NCBI RefSeq assembly: GCF_033153115.1
Contig: NW_026889753.1
Location: 3,410,001 to 3,474,000 of the forward strand
DNA from: Saccostrea echinata
Taxonomy: Eukaryota
Reading direction: 5' to 3'
DNA length: 64,000 bases
Below the pieces are notes generated by a model. The model was not told the DNA's origin and made no database searches. It saw only the letters and a list, made by a program, of their open reading frames with translations. Made by a program: the position numbers and the translations under genes. This document shows positions 35,197-48,329 of this stretch, piece after piece (position 1 is the stretch's first letter; each line of letters starts with the position of its first letter).

Positions 35197-38085
35197 ACTT
35201 TTCTGATCGAAATTTGTCCGTTGTCTGTCGTCGTTGTCGTTAACATTTCACATTTTCATCTTCTTATCAAGGACCACTGGACCAATTTCAACCAAACTTG
35301 CCATAAAGTATTCCTGGGTAAATCGGCCTCAAGTTTGTTCAAATGAAGGGTCACGCCTTCTTCCAAGGGGAGATAACTATGATTTTGTGAAAAATTAGTG
35401 GCATCATTTAAAAATATGTTTCTCAAGAACCACTGTGCTTGAAAACATGAAACTTTTGTGGAATCATTGTGAGGTAGTGTAGATTCAAGTTTGTTCAAAT
35501 CATTGACAAGACCCCAAGGGGTAGGGCGATGCCACAATAGGCAATCAAAGCTTTACATAGGAATACTTAGAAAAAATCTTTAAATATCTTCTTCTTGAGA
35601 ACAGCAAAGCTATGATTGGTAATATTTATATGGAAGCATCCTCAGGTAGTGTATATTCAAATTTGTTCAAATCATGACCCCCGGGGGTAGGGTGGGGCCA
35701 CAATGGGTGATCAAAGTTTTACATAGGAATACATAGGAAAAATTTAAATTCTTCACAAGAATAGCAAAGCCATGATTGGTTATAATAATATTAAAGCATC
35801 CTCAGAAAATGTAGATTTAAATTTGTTCAAATCATGACCCCTAGGAGATTAGAGGGGCCATAACAGGGGATCATAGTTATACAAAGGAATATAAAGGATA
35901 CATCAATAAAAATTGTCATCTTAAGAACAGCAAAACCATTGTGTGTCATATTAATTCAAAAGCATCCTTAGGAAGTGGAGATTCAAGTGTTCAAATCATA
36001 CCCCTCCTCCCTCTCCCCCCGAACCACTTTTATATTTAAGCTTTTCAATACTGAACTGATGTCTGCTTTTTCCTAGCCATATTGCTCAGGTGAGCGATGT
36101 GGCCCCTGGCCCTCTTGTTTTTAGCAGCTGCTAGTTATTTTTTCATTTCAGTAGCAGCTTTTCAGTGGTTTATTTCTATAATTTTTTTTTATTTACTGTA
36201 TTTATTTTCTATATAGTTACTTGGAGGAGAAGTTTACCATTATCATACAAAATTCAACATGAAAGAACCACACACAGGGGGCAGTTTCTTATGGTATCAA
36301 GACTATGGGTAAATGGAATTGACACTTCATTGTTTTTTATTTTACCAACTTTTGAAAAATGATATACCATAAAAATAGTAAATATTCTAAATATATAAAT
36401 TGTTTCTCAGATACTGGTACAAGAATGGGTGTCTGTTCCCAGATATGTCAACAGTTTTCCTAGCAATAGACAAGTGCAACAAGGCAAATGGCTGCCAGCA
36501 GGTAAAAATAGTCAAGGACAGAGACATATTATAATGGAATTAAATCTGTGGAGTGTCCTGAATGGTTACTATTTTTCTCAGATCCTGCGAGGTTCTCACA
36601 AATGTGGAAGAATTGAACATTTGATGATTGCAGGACAAACTAGAGCTGATGTAGAGAGAATTAAAGAAATTGAAAAATTGTGTCCCATGGAGTTTGTGGA
36701 AATGGAACCTGGTATGTCTATGATCAGATAGGACATCAATATTCATAGGCTAATTCTATTACATGTATAGATATTACATATTGTATTATATATTGTGTAA
36801 TAAAGGTATTATAAATAAAGATTATAAATAAAGATTGTCTAGTATAAATCTCCTTTTTCTCATAAAACATTTTACCCAGTAAACAGAATTTGAAAATGGC
36901 AAAAATCAATTTGTTTGTAATGCATCCATTTATTTTTCTTCTCATCAGAAGAATTTTCATCAAAGAAGTAATTTATAAAATAATTTTTACAATGATTTTC
37001 AGGGGATGCCCTGTTCTTTCACAGTAATTTGTTACACACAAGTGGTCCTAACAACAGTGATTTGAGGAGATGGGCATTTGTTACAGCATACAATACCAAG
37101 GCCAATAACCCTGTCATTCCTCATCATCATCCACAGTACACTCCCCTGAATAAGGTACCATACATCCAAATTAAGACTGTAAATAACCAGCAAAGTGTTC
37201 AGGGAAAGCTTAGCACCTTTTGTGACCTTAGATGTTACCTTGAACTCTGACAGCTAGGTCTTGCAGAACATGTGATATCACTTTATTATAAGAAAGGTCT
37301 GATCATCTGTTTGATAGTTTGACTTCTGACACTCATGATAGACAGGAACTGGGCAAATTAATTCGTGAAAGATGTGCAGACATTAGGAACAATAAAACTA
37401 ATTCATGGGGGGGGGGGGGGGGAGTGTCAATTTGCAATAGATGAAAGTGGGTATGGCATTTATCAATAAAACAATTAAAATCAAGCAGTATGACATTGAG
37501 AACAATTAAAATTACAGCTTCCAGTCTTTCTATAATTTACAACCTAAATATGGACCAAAGTTCACTCTTAGAACTTGAAAATAAGTGGTGCATAGAATTT
37601 TGCATAATTTATATCTGAAAATAGCTAAAAATAGTTATTTTATTAATAAATTGATAACAATCTTTCACCAGAGGGTGCACCATTATCTTCTACATTAAAA
37701 GAATCAAGTTAACAGTCAAGTTATACTTAATAATTCATTTCCACAATAAACAATAAAGATACTTTTCCTGCATCTATTTTATACTTTGATTCATCTTGAA
37801 ACTATTAAAAATTGTTTATGAAACTATTTTGCCTAAATTTCCACACTTATTACATGTACCAGGGTATATGTGATGCTGGGACTACTTTGGATACCATTAC
37901 AAAGTGTAAGTGAAGTTTGTATAGTGCACCCTCTGGTGGTGGGATTGATAAGCACAATTCAACAACCTTTAATTTGATTGTAGGTGCCAAATTCTGCCAT
38001 CAGAGATTGTACCAACATGACAGATATGACTGGAAAAGAGTTTTTGAACCCAGCAATTGATAAAACTGTCAAAGCTAGTGCATAG
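34529..38085 (+). pseudogene. Tandem paralog of the PhyH dioxygenase; exons 34529-34610, 34920-35030, 36217-36308, 36411-36501, 36582-36711, 37003-37154, 37984-38085. Probable pseudogene or catalytically dead pseudoenzyme
   Basis: Exon lengths and phases match exons 3-8 of copy 1 exactly and the frame stays open. However, WHQD is WYQD (TAT 36295-36297), NGCL is NGCQ and GQTG is GQTR. No homologs of exons 1-2 found; the exon-4 acceptor is weak (ttcaaaaag). Confidence 0.75.
35164..36120 (+). mobile_element. HINE family D (CvA/Cg170-like) with ~165-bp array, in an intron of the paralog
   Basis: tttttagctcacctgagc-cgaag-gctcaagtgaact hairpin; gtc/gtt microsatellite; units with gattcaagtttgttcaaatcat at ~35482, 35654, 35815 and 35980; 3' end gctcaggtgagcgatgtggcccctggccctcttgttt. 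Confidence 0.9.
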
Positions 38086-41000
38086 AAAAGAGCTGGACAT
38101 GAAAAAAATCTTATTATTGCAAAATGGATAGAGAATCTGGGTGCAACATAAAATATTTACATTTGATAAGCACTTTCCTTTTATAACGCTTCAGAAAAAA
38201 AAAATTGTTAAATTCTGTCAAAGCATAATGTTAAATGTGGTACCACAGAGATAAACTGCTTGAGAGAAAAAGATTTTAAAAAACTTAGTGGTACTCAATA
38301 AAGGATTATAAATATAAGCATTAAGAATGTACATTTAAATAAGAATTAAGTGATGAATTTTTATAAATCACATATGTTTCTATATATTTTCATGGCACCA
38401 TAACGTTTGTTTGTACCGGTATTCCTATTGATACTCATCATCTGTAACTTATGACAGTGATCGAAATGCAAAACAAACAAACAAACAAAAACAAAAAGTC
38501 AGGATACCTAACAAGCAGATAGTTTTATTCTTTATTTTTGTGCAACATTTTCATCATGAAATATATCTATAATAATTTATCCCCATTTCCACTCCTATAT
38601 GAACAAGCATTCAATTACCATATACATAAATCTGTACAACACAACCAATGAGAATTTCATTTTTGTAAATTAACAAGCCAATGTGTATATTATTCTTATG
38701 CATGTATTAATTCCCTTATAGGCTCAATAAGTTGTCATGGAAATATTGAATTATTTTAATGTAAATCATACAAGTTATGAAATTGACAAATTTCAAGAGT
38801 TGTCTCTCTTGATACCTATCTTCCAGTTCGATGTTAATAAAATTTAAGGAAGCTCGATCTAAACACTGACCACTGAAAAGTTTTGATATCATGGTATTTT
38901 TATGCAGTTAGAGTGATCTGCCCTTTGATGAAAAGATGTAATAAATGGAATAAATTGAAGTATTCTTAACATCATAACCTGACCAAAATACAGTACATTA
39001 TCCTATGTAAGTAAACAACAGTGATTTTTGTTCACAAATTCTTCATTGTCTTTGAACATTTTTTTCCTGGGAAATATATACAATGTATGGCTGAGAACCT
39101 TATGTTGAAAATGAACCAGATGAACTTAATATGTTCAACAATTTTCTTAAAATCCAAAAAAAAAAACAAACCTTTTTTTGTCATTTGTGATTATAGAGCT
39201 TCCTTAAATTAAATTATAATAAACTTTGACATTTTTTTCAGTGTTTAGAGCTACATGTAAAGACCTCTCTCACATAAAAATTCCAGTAGTATTCCTGACA
39301 TTTTCTCCCTCAAGTTAAATTAAAGAAAAATTTTGTAAGATTAGAAAAGTTCAACAGTTTAAAATATTTTTAGAAACCATTTACCAACTTTACAAAGTTT
39401 TAAACCAAAAAAAAAAAAAAAAAAATTACAAAACTTGGACAACACAGCTGCCAGGGATGTGGACCCTTATACGATTTTACCATCAATCGTGTACCTGGTA
39501 AAGTTTTATACAGAACCACTACTGCAGAGATCTCTTTGATGATTGTGAAGTCACTGTCTTATGGTATATGTGATACAAAAACACATAAATAATGAGCAAT
39601 GAAATTGTGTAAACAACAATAGAACATCAACTAAAGACATTTTGATTTTGTGTTTGGAAAAAAAAATTTCTGTCCATATTTAAAACAGTTGTAAACATTA
39701 TATACCTATAATTATAACCATACAAATCTATATATCTACTAAGTCCACTCATTGACATTACTAACATTATTTGAAAACAAATCAAATGTAGACTAGATTG
39801 ATGTTTAATATGCATCATTACATACATACATGTACTTAATAGCCATGACTAGTAGAACACTTCAATAATACTTATTTTTTTTGTAACAAATGTATCTATG
39901 TACTTACAAAAAAATATAATTTTTCTGTCAAACATACAATGAAATGTGTATATGGATAACATACCAAATAAATCCCATATCCATGATGTGCACTGGACAT
40001 GACTCAAAAAATTAAAGGTACACATGAAAATTTGTGAGCATTTCTACACAGACAGCTTGAACATGAAGATGTTCTGTTCCTTATTTTAAAGCACCTATAT
40101 CAAATTAAGAAATTTTGGCAAGTACATGTATTGAGACACCCATAGGCTACATTGCTCACCTGATTAACAAATGCTTTCACCTGACAATCAAATAAAAAAA
40201 AAGAAAAAAATGAAACACCTTACTGCAACCCATTGCTAAGCCAAATAATGAAAAGTGAGCTAAATAGGCATCAAGAAAATGAATATTGACTAGATATAAT
40301 TTGATTATTTGTAAAATATATCCACAATATCGTGTGCAGGCAAGTCGTTATTGCAAACATGAATTTTCAATACTAAAAATATCTAAAATGTACATAATAT
40401 CAACCAGTAAACCTATGCAATTGCATGTACATTTTCTCAAATATGATATACAATATGCATACCTGTCCAGTAAGTAAAAATTGTTTAAGTATAAAAATTA
40501 AAAAAAAAAAAAAAAAACAGCTTTGATTTTTCTGTGGAGTGTTGTTTAACTTTTTTAACAGTAAATCCATTTTTGCTCTTTTGAATTCACAGGGTTTTTT
40601 TCTCTTTATTTTTGGTTTAACTAATTGGCTAATACAGACTTATAACTTATTAGTTATTTTTAAGATAGCATTGATTTTACAGAGTTTTTTCTCCTGCAGA
40701 AACAACAAAATAAAAAAGTGGTGAAAAAAAGTGTATACAACAATAAATATACAATAAAAGTAATAAATTAATTAAGTGCTTTAAATAACAGTGTAATACT
40801 TATAGTCATACTTCAGAATTTTGGCATCACTTATATTGCAGATAAATTTAATCCATTTTTCAAAACAAAAAAAGGACAAGGTATGTATGCAAAACATCTA
40901 AATTATGATATAACAGTTGACAATATCTATTAATAGTTAAGATGGTTACTAAAAGGGGAAGAGCCCTTCTACTGTCATGATAACCAGGACAGAGACATTT

Positions 41001-42596
41001 CCAGAATTTTTTTGTCCCCATGCATGAATTCCAAAAAAAAAAAAAAAAAAGATTCGAGAGTACAATTAAATTAACCTGATTCAACTGGTGCTTAAGTGGT
41101 TGACCCTCTCACCATAAATATAATGCTATGGACTTAAGAATATTGTGTTCAACGAAAATTTGGCAATGAATTATACATAATTGCTTCAAAATAAGGTGTA
41201 CCGTACATGTGTAGCTGATGCACAATAATGAGGCCATCTATTTATCAGTTGAGAAATCATTTAAAAATCTGTCCTTTAAAAAGGTAAATTTGTTTTTTTA
41301 CTTCAGATTTCTTAATTTTGTTAAATTCCATAAATTTTGATAAAATTTGAAAGTGTAAATTTTTTTTTTAATATACTGCATGAGGTATTGTGCATATGGA
41401 AACCCTGTGGTCATGCAGCTCCATGAAGAATTCATTTAAAGATAACTTTGCAAAATTGTTTCTGCACAAAAAAGATTTTTTGAATAACAGAAAATCGCTG
41501 TGTAATGATCCAATGAAGGATATGCTATGAATTATATCAAGTCAATAAGTAGGATACTCTTTTCTCACAAAAATAAAACCATGCAGAATATAATTAAAAG
41601 TACATAATTTACATAAAGTGGGCAACGGATATTTTAGAAAAATTGCAAAAAGTATGAATGGGTATAAATTTTTAGGACATTTTAGCAGTTACCTTTAAAA
41701 ATTCAACAGAAATTTTAGTGGATTTTTCTCACAGGTAAATTCAAGTCTCTTTATACAATGTAATGTCAGCAAAAGTTGACAAATTAATTGTAAAATTCCC
41801 AGCTCTAAAAGAAGTTTCAGTCTGGAAGTGCTAGATTTAGAAAACGGACCAAAGAAGAGTTATCATTTCCAATGGATTTCAAAACAAAATTGATAGAATA
41901 CTTAAATCAGATGCTCTTTTCTGAAGATGCTCAGCTGCTGATTTGATATTTTGATAATGCTGGTGATTTAGACTTCAAAAATCTTATACTTTCACCTCCC
42001 TATTAGTGAGCAGGGGACAATTCATAGGCAGTCTGGCTGACAGAAGAGGTATGAATAAATTTTATGTAACTATCTGCCAAAAGGTCCACATACTATTTTA
42101 ATTTCTGCTGAAATGTCCTATAAATCTTCTGTTAAAATGTCCTGTCAATCAGCTAAAATGTCCTGTCAATCAGCTAAAATGTCCTATGCCACATATATTA
42201 CTAATAGATAACATGAACTTGTCTGATTGATTGAAAACTTCTACTAGACAGTATAGTAATAAAAAAAAACAATAGGGAAGGAAAGACAATGCTGTAATAG
42301 GCCAGAACACCTATTCTGGCCTCTACTGATAAACTGTCTCCACTAAAATGAATTTTTTATGATAGAATATTGGACATATGTATATTATATTTAAAAAAAA
42401 TCTTATGACTTCAGATTTGTGAGATAGAAAAGACAAAATCCAAATGTTAAATGACCAAAATAAGATGAATAAAAATACCTGTATAAATAAATAATTAAAA
42501 AATGGAATGAAATGGAACACAAAATAAAAATGAACTGTTAAACAAACTGCAATGTAATTAAACACAAAACTGAACTTTAAGGACCTTGTTTATGCT

Positions 42597-45500
42597 CTAC
42601 TTCCCAGTAAACTTTGGGTTTTGTTTTGGCTTCTTCTTAGGCTTAGGTGGGTGGAGCCAGTTGGGTGGTTTATTTTTTATTTCATCCCATAGCAAGGCTT
42701 GGATATCAATCAAAATGGTGTTGTATCTGACATAATGTTGATTGACTTCCATACTGTTCCCTGTTTTGTCAATTTTTTGCCCTGATCGATCACATTTTTT
42801 CAGCAAGTCATTCAATTTGGTCTTCACATGGGCTGGCGCATCAAATAAAACATAATCTCTCAGAACTTCACATATAGATGTATGAGAAGGTTCCATAACG
42901 TCGCTTGTACATTTTCCTGTTTGTTTATTGCACAATGAGTGACACAAATTCTGATATTGACAATGCGAGTCTTTTGAGCATTCCTTTTGGCTTAATATAT
43001 TTCCTATCATAAATTCTGACATAATATTCTCAAAAGAGACCAAACTGACCTCAAATAATGAAGTGTGTCCAAAACACTGTTCAACATAATCACACATGTA
43101 GAACTTTGCGTTGTACTTCTCAGAAAATGTAATACCATATTCTAGCAAACCTACAGCCACTTTGACTCTCCTATCCCAAGTGGGAAAACTCCATCGATAT
43201 GTATTAGAGAAAAAGTTATCCAAAAAAGTTTTGTTGTGTTTGTTAAAAAGAGGGCTTGCTTTAACATGTTGATGGGCATAAAGAGGCCCACATGTTCCAT
43301 TTTTCAATGGAAATATTGGATCCTCATCAAAGATGAAGAGAATAAAGAATTCATGGATGTTCAAAAGTTGCCAAACTGAATTTGCTTCCCCATAAGTTAG
43401 CTGTAAAGAGATAAAATATCTTGAAATAAGATGAAAAATTAAAAATACATCAGAGATATCATTTTTTTTGCAAAAAAAAAAAAAATCCTTTATTCAAATT
43501 TTTCATATTATCATTTGAACTATTTTAACAAAATGTCTTCAATTCTTGCACCACAACTTGAACAATTAATTTTTTGCCACATTACGAGCATTATGAAATT
43601 ATACCTTTCCATTGTTGTTGAAGTCAGCATATTTGTAGATTTTTTGTAACAGCCCAGTGACATCCACTTGTCCTAGTTTGGAATGCAGTAGCTCTTGTAG
43701 CATTTTTTCAAGTTGAGACATGGACAGTGGTTCTCGGAGTTGGGAATGTGGTGAAGAGGTCTTGTAAGAATGAGGTAGCTTAACAACTGTATCTTCATAC
43801 TGGAATGTCTAGAAAATACAATAAATATATGACCCGATAATTACTAACCTTTGTTGACTGACTACAAGTATTTATCCATGAACAATAAATGCAGCAATCA
43901 GAGAATCTGAGATTGACAGAATACAATGACTCGATTATTTGGGTTAGAATATACACATCACTATAACACTGTGATTACTTAAACAATAAAATGCTTTCTT
44001 TCTTTATCAATATGGAAATTAATAGTTGAAACTTTTGGAGAAAAAAAATTATAACCTGCATAAGCAACTTTTGTAATCTTATTCTGCAATCTTTGCAACC
44101 ATTATTCCCTGTATTTGCAAGGAAAGAAAGCATTTTATTGTTTCTACATATTCATATCTAAAAAGGAATGGGTTTTCTTACGAAATAAAGGGGGAAATAC
44201 TTAGTGGATATAAATATAATGCATGTGAGCTGTGGTACATTTTACTGACCAGTACATAGTTAACTGTAACATACAAACTTAGGAATAACAACTGTGTTAC
44301 ACATCCTACCAGTGATGGACCACTTTCATAATGGCAACTGTGAAGCTGAATTTCTTCTTCGACACAAAGTGCATGGCACCAAGTCCCTGCAATCTTGCCA
44401 TCCTTGTAGTCCTGGCACTGAAAAGGGAGTTAATCAGTTTTTCCCCTAATTTTGTTATTGTTTAGATGCCTTATGATAATAATCTTATTATGAAACATAC
44501 TTTTTAAATCTGGTGTATAAAAAGTTGTACGAAGTTTACTCTATATTTTTTGCCCATTACTCTTACTATAAAGGAGAATTAAAAAAAAAACAATTTATAA
44601 TTCATTGATTTTATCCCTTAGATATCATCCTCCAAAACATCAATATATCTTTAAAAACTATAAAGCATTATCCAATCTTCTATACCCGCTGTTTAGAATT
44701 ATCTGTGATTTGCAACATATCTGATTTTATCATTTGTTTGTCAATTCTGACAAGGTTAATTCAGGGAAATAAGCAACTTAATATACCAATAAAAAGATTC
44801 CCTGAATCTATAGAAATCCTTTTTTTATTGTGACAAGTAGAATGCATTTACATGTAATACTATGAGACACTAGTCTGTTATTCCGCTCATTGCACTGGTG
44901 CCATGTTTTCAACTACATGTATTTTTCAACTGTATGTAAAACAAACATTCTGAGAGTATTGCATTAGCAATACTAGTCCCCTACCGGCAAGTGTAATCTG
45001 GTTCCCGTTGAAAATTGAAAATGCCATAATTCCGTCAAAAATCATTGAAGCGGGACGAAATGCAAACTTGATCTGTAACTCATCAAGGTAAAGTCAAGTG
45101 CCAAAAATCAGCTCAATATCTGCAAGCGTTTAGAAGAAAATTGCAGAAAACCCATAAAAATTGAAAAGGTCGTAATTCCGTCAAAAATCAATGAAGCGGA
45201 ACGAAATGCAAACTTGATCTGTAACTCATCAAGATACACTCACATACCAAAAATCAGCTCAATATCTGCAAGCGTTTAGGGAAAAAGTGTGGAAAACCAA
45301 GTGGGACAGACTGACAGACAGATGGACGGACAGACTCAGAGGAAACCTATAGTCCCCTCCGGTTTCACCGGTAGGGGACTAATAACCTTGGCTTACCAGT
45401 CATCCATGACTGCATATCTGAGCTTCAACTCTAGTGGTAAGAGCTTTTCTTCAAATTATGAAACATATCTCTCTTTTCTGATCCAATCCTTCTTGTTATT

Positions 45501-46485
45501 CATTTTTCTGAGTGCAATTATTTCAGAAGTTTAAATTTAAAGTTGTTCTTTTTCCAAATCTCTTAAAATATTCTTACTTTTTCTAAGTGCTTGACATCAA
45601 AACCCATTTTGAAGTTTGTCTATTAGTTGGAAGTTTGTTTATTAGTTTGAAGTTTGTCTTTTAAAAATTATACATGCTGTCAGGTGACATGCCAATATCT
45701 CTGACTTGACTTGTTCAGTTGGCCATCATTTTTCAGCATTTTTGTATTTTTTATCTTATTTTCATGTTTTTGCTATTTTGTTCTTTTGTCATTTCAAAAT
45801 GTTATTTTTTTAAGATGCCAATGTGTTCAAGGCCTCTTAAATTCCTAATTCCAATACCAAAGAAACAAAACTTGGAAATTTCATTAACACATTGTACTCG
45901 ACATGTATTTTTATCTAACTGTACACACTATTCAAAATAGATTTTGAAAGAAAAATATTAAGGCAAAAGTGAATTTTGATTGGTTACCTTTGGAATTTCA
46001 AAGTGAGGTTGGTAATTGATACAAAAAGACTGAGTTTTGTGTACTTATGAGTGAGAAACACTTTTTGCAGATATTTGGAACAGGGAGGGAAAATTTAATA
46101 CTTTTTAAAGGTTTTAGAGAAATAATCATTTCTATTTACCAAGTGTTTTTTGACTTTTTCTGTGTGACATTTGTCCCTTGTAATCTGCCAGATCACCAGA
46201 ACCAAAGCAGCTATGAGGAATGCACAGATGTACACTGCAGCCACAATTTCCGTGTCCAGTCCACAACACTGAGGGATAGAGGTTTTAGATTAAAAACTAG
46301 ATATTAAATCCATATTTACTAAATTCCACTGCTTATATAACTTACATTTAATGATTTTAAATGTATTTTGAAGTTTATAAAAACATTACAATTAACAAAG
46401 TGAAAAACAATACCAAAATCCTCAAAATTTTCTTCTTTCTGCGCTTGAAGAAAAGCCGAACTTCTCTGTTTATAGAGATCAGCAT
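42597..46485 (-). CDS. DIPK1: Divergent protein kinase domain 1 (FAM69/DIPK1 family) type II membrane protein, 438 aa; coding exons 46485-46414, 46268-46140, 44417-44310, 43808-43605, 43400-42597
   Basis: All introns are phase-0 GT-AG; 1317 nt. Basic N-terminus (FFKRRKKK), TM segment IVAAVYICAFLIAALVLVIW, Cys-rich C..LCQDYKDGKIAGTWCHALC, EF-hand DFNNNGKLTYGE, VWQLLNIHEF..GTCGPLY, PTWDRRVKVAVGLLE, and a C-terminal Cys cluster CSKDSHC..C..C..KCTSDV..CEVLRDY..LLWDEI, all typical of FAM69. Confidence 0.92.
44938..45382 (-). mobile_element. Intact HINE family C in a DIPK1 intron
   Basis: tagtcccct(a)ccgg subTIRs at both ends, gacagacagatggacggacagac microsatellite, two ~150-bp units, and the terminal hairpin gtattgc-atta-gcaatac. 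Confidence 0.88.
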
Positions 46486-47767
46486 CCTGTTGGTCTTACT
46501 CAGACAATGAACATGATGAAACGTTCACCAAAACTGACCAGGATTTTATTACCCATAATGCTGTAAATAAAATGATCGAATTCAGTGCTGAATGGTAAAA
46601 ATGCATAAGTTCCTAAAGCTATGAAAAACCATATCTTATTTGAGCCTATATTACTACTAATTAATAATGCATGAAAGTACTAAGATACATACTGAAATTT
46701 CTAGTTTCATCTGACATGCTTTTAACACAGCTAAGATCTCTGAATTCTGAAACTTTATTTAATTTAACATGTTTGCAGGTTGGCATTTGTGGCATTAACA
46801 TTATTCTCTATTGAGAAGTTGATGTATCGTTTTAATATCCCCCCCAGGGGGAGTATTAAAATGAGCCATGAACTTTTCAATAGAGAATAGCTTTAACATC
46901 TACATGCAGTTGTACATTCAGCATTAATTGTGATTTTAACTTTGATTTTTTTCTTTCTTTTTAAATTTTATAAGGTTATGTGAATTTCGATCAGCACCTT
47001 AAAATATATACACTAAAACATTTGAATTTTTGATTTTCTTAACAGTCAGTTTAAAGAAACCATTTTAATTTATACATATTTATACGACAGGTAAAATGAG
47101 GTTTTACAAAATTACATAACATGTCAGAGAGTACTTAATACACCTGAGTAATGCACACAGCATGATTGATTGCTTAGATTAACAATTCAAAGTCCAAAAA
47201 AATCATGTGCTGTACAACTACAAATTCAGTTTTTTTTTTTTAATTTTCAGGGGGGAGTATTTCATCAAATAAAAAGCTGCTCAAATATTTCAGTGCATAT
47301 TACAAAAGGAAGAAGAGTTCAAGGGTCATCAGGAACCGACACTTGATAGATAAGTGACGTGTTTACATAAACTCAGACTTGATAACTGTCTTATTCTGCT
47401 ACATTTTGACCTCACTGCTATTTATATTTTTTGCTCAACACTTATATGCTTTAAAATATACCTTTATAAATAACTTTTTCTGTGACGAATCCACCACGTT
47501 TCGTATAACATTTAGTTTCTGCACTGTTTGTTAACGTGGTCAAACATATACGACATGTTGAGAAAATTCTGGCGACTGACACATCAGTAAATGTTAGAAC
47601 CTAAATCGACCAATATAGTGAATTCCGAGAAAATAAGGTAACTACAGTTTACAATCAATGAAAACAAGTAAGTTGTAATAAATGCAGTGAAGAGAAATAA
47701 GGTATTTGGTTAAAAGGAAAGTAAATTGTAAAAATCACCATTTGATTCTTTGGAAAGGGAGGGGGTG

Positions 47768-47991
47768 CATGCGCGGATCCGATCTAGGGTTGGGGTCGAT
47801 GGTCAAGACCCCCCCCCCCCCCCCGGGATTTAAGAGTTAGCAATTATCTATTTATCTATGTAAAATGGCCTCCCCCTCTCCCTCTAGAACCCTTTGGCTT
47901 GTCAAACAATTTCCGAGTCTGACAATTGTTAGAGTTGATGCCAGTGGAACCACCCCCCTTTCCGGCAAAAATTACTGGATCCGCGTCTCTG
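47768..47991. mobile_element. Degenerate MITE related to 33091-33378
   Basis: catgcgcggatcc ... ggatccgcgtctctg with a G/C-run interior; no clear TSD. Confidence 0.55.
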
Positions 47992-48329
47992 TGGGGCTGG
48001 GAAATTTTTTCGAGTCAGATTATCTATTTTCTTGCTATCGCAGGACACAATATTTATTTCTAAAATGACCAGGGAATTTTCCTTTTTCTTTTCTCTCTTC
48101 CCTGGAAAAGGCTGCCAAGCAAAAAAAAAAAAAATCCGCCCAAGAAAATCGGGATTCGGGGGGGGTGAGGGGAGGGGAGGGGGGTATATGTAGGTGTCAC
48201 AAGTCAGGCCCTCCACAATTTGACAGTTAACTACAAGTAGAATATGTCCTTTAGAGAATTCGTTGTACAATATCATTTTAATGTTTGGGCATTTTGACTA
48301 CTGTATATATTGTATGTATATACCTTTTT

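Noticed and set aside
42597-43364. 255-aa ORF as a standalone gene
   Set aside because: It is the last exon of DIPK1; the frame extends to the acceptor at 43401.
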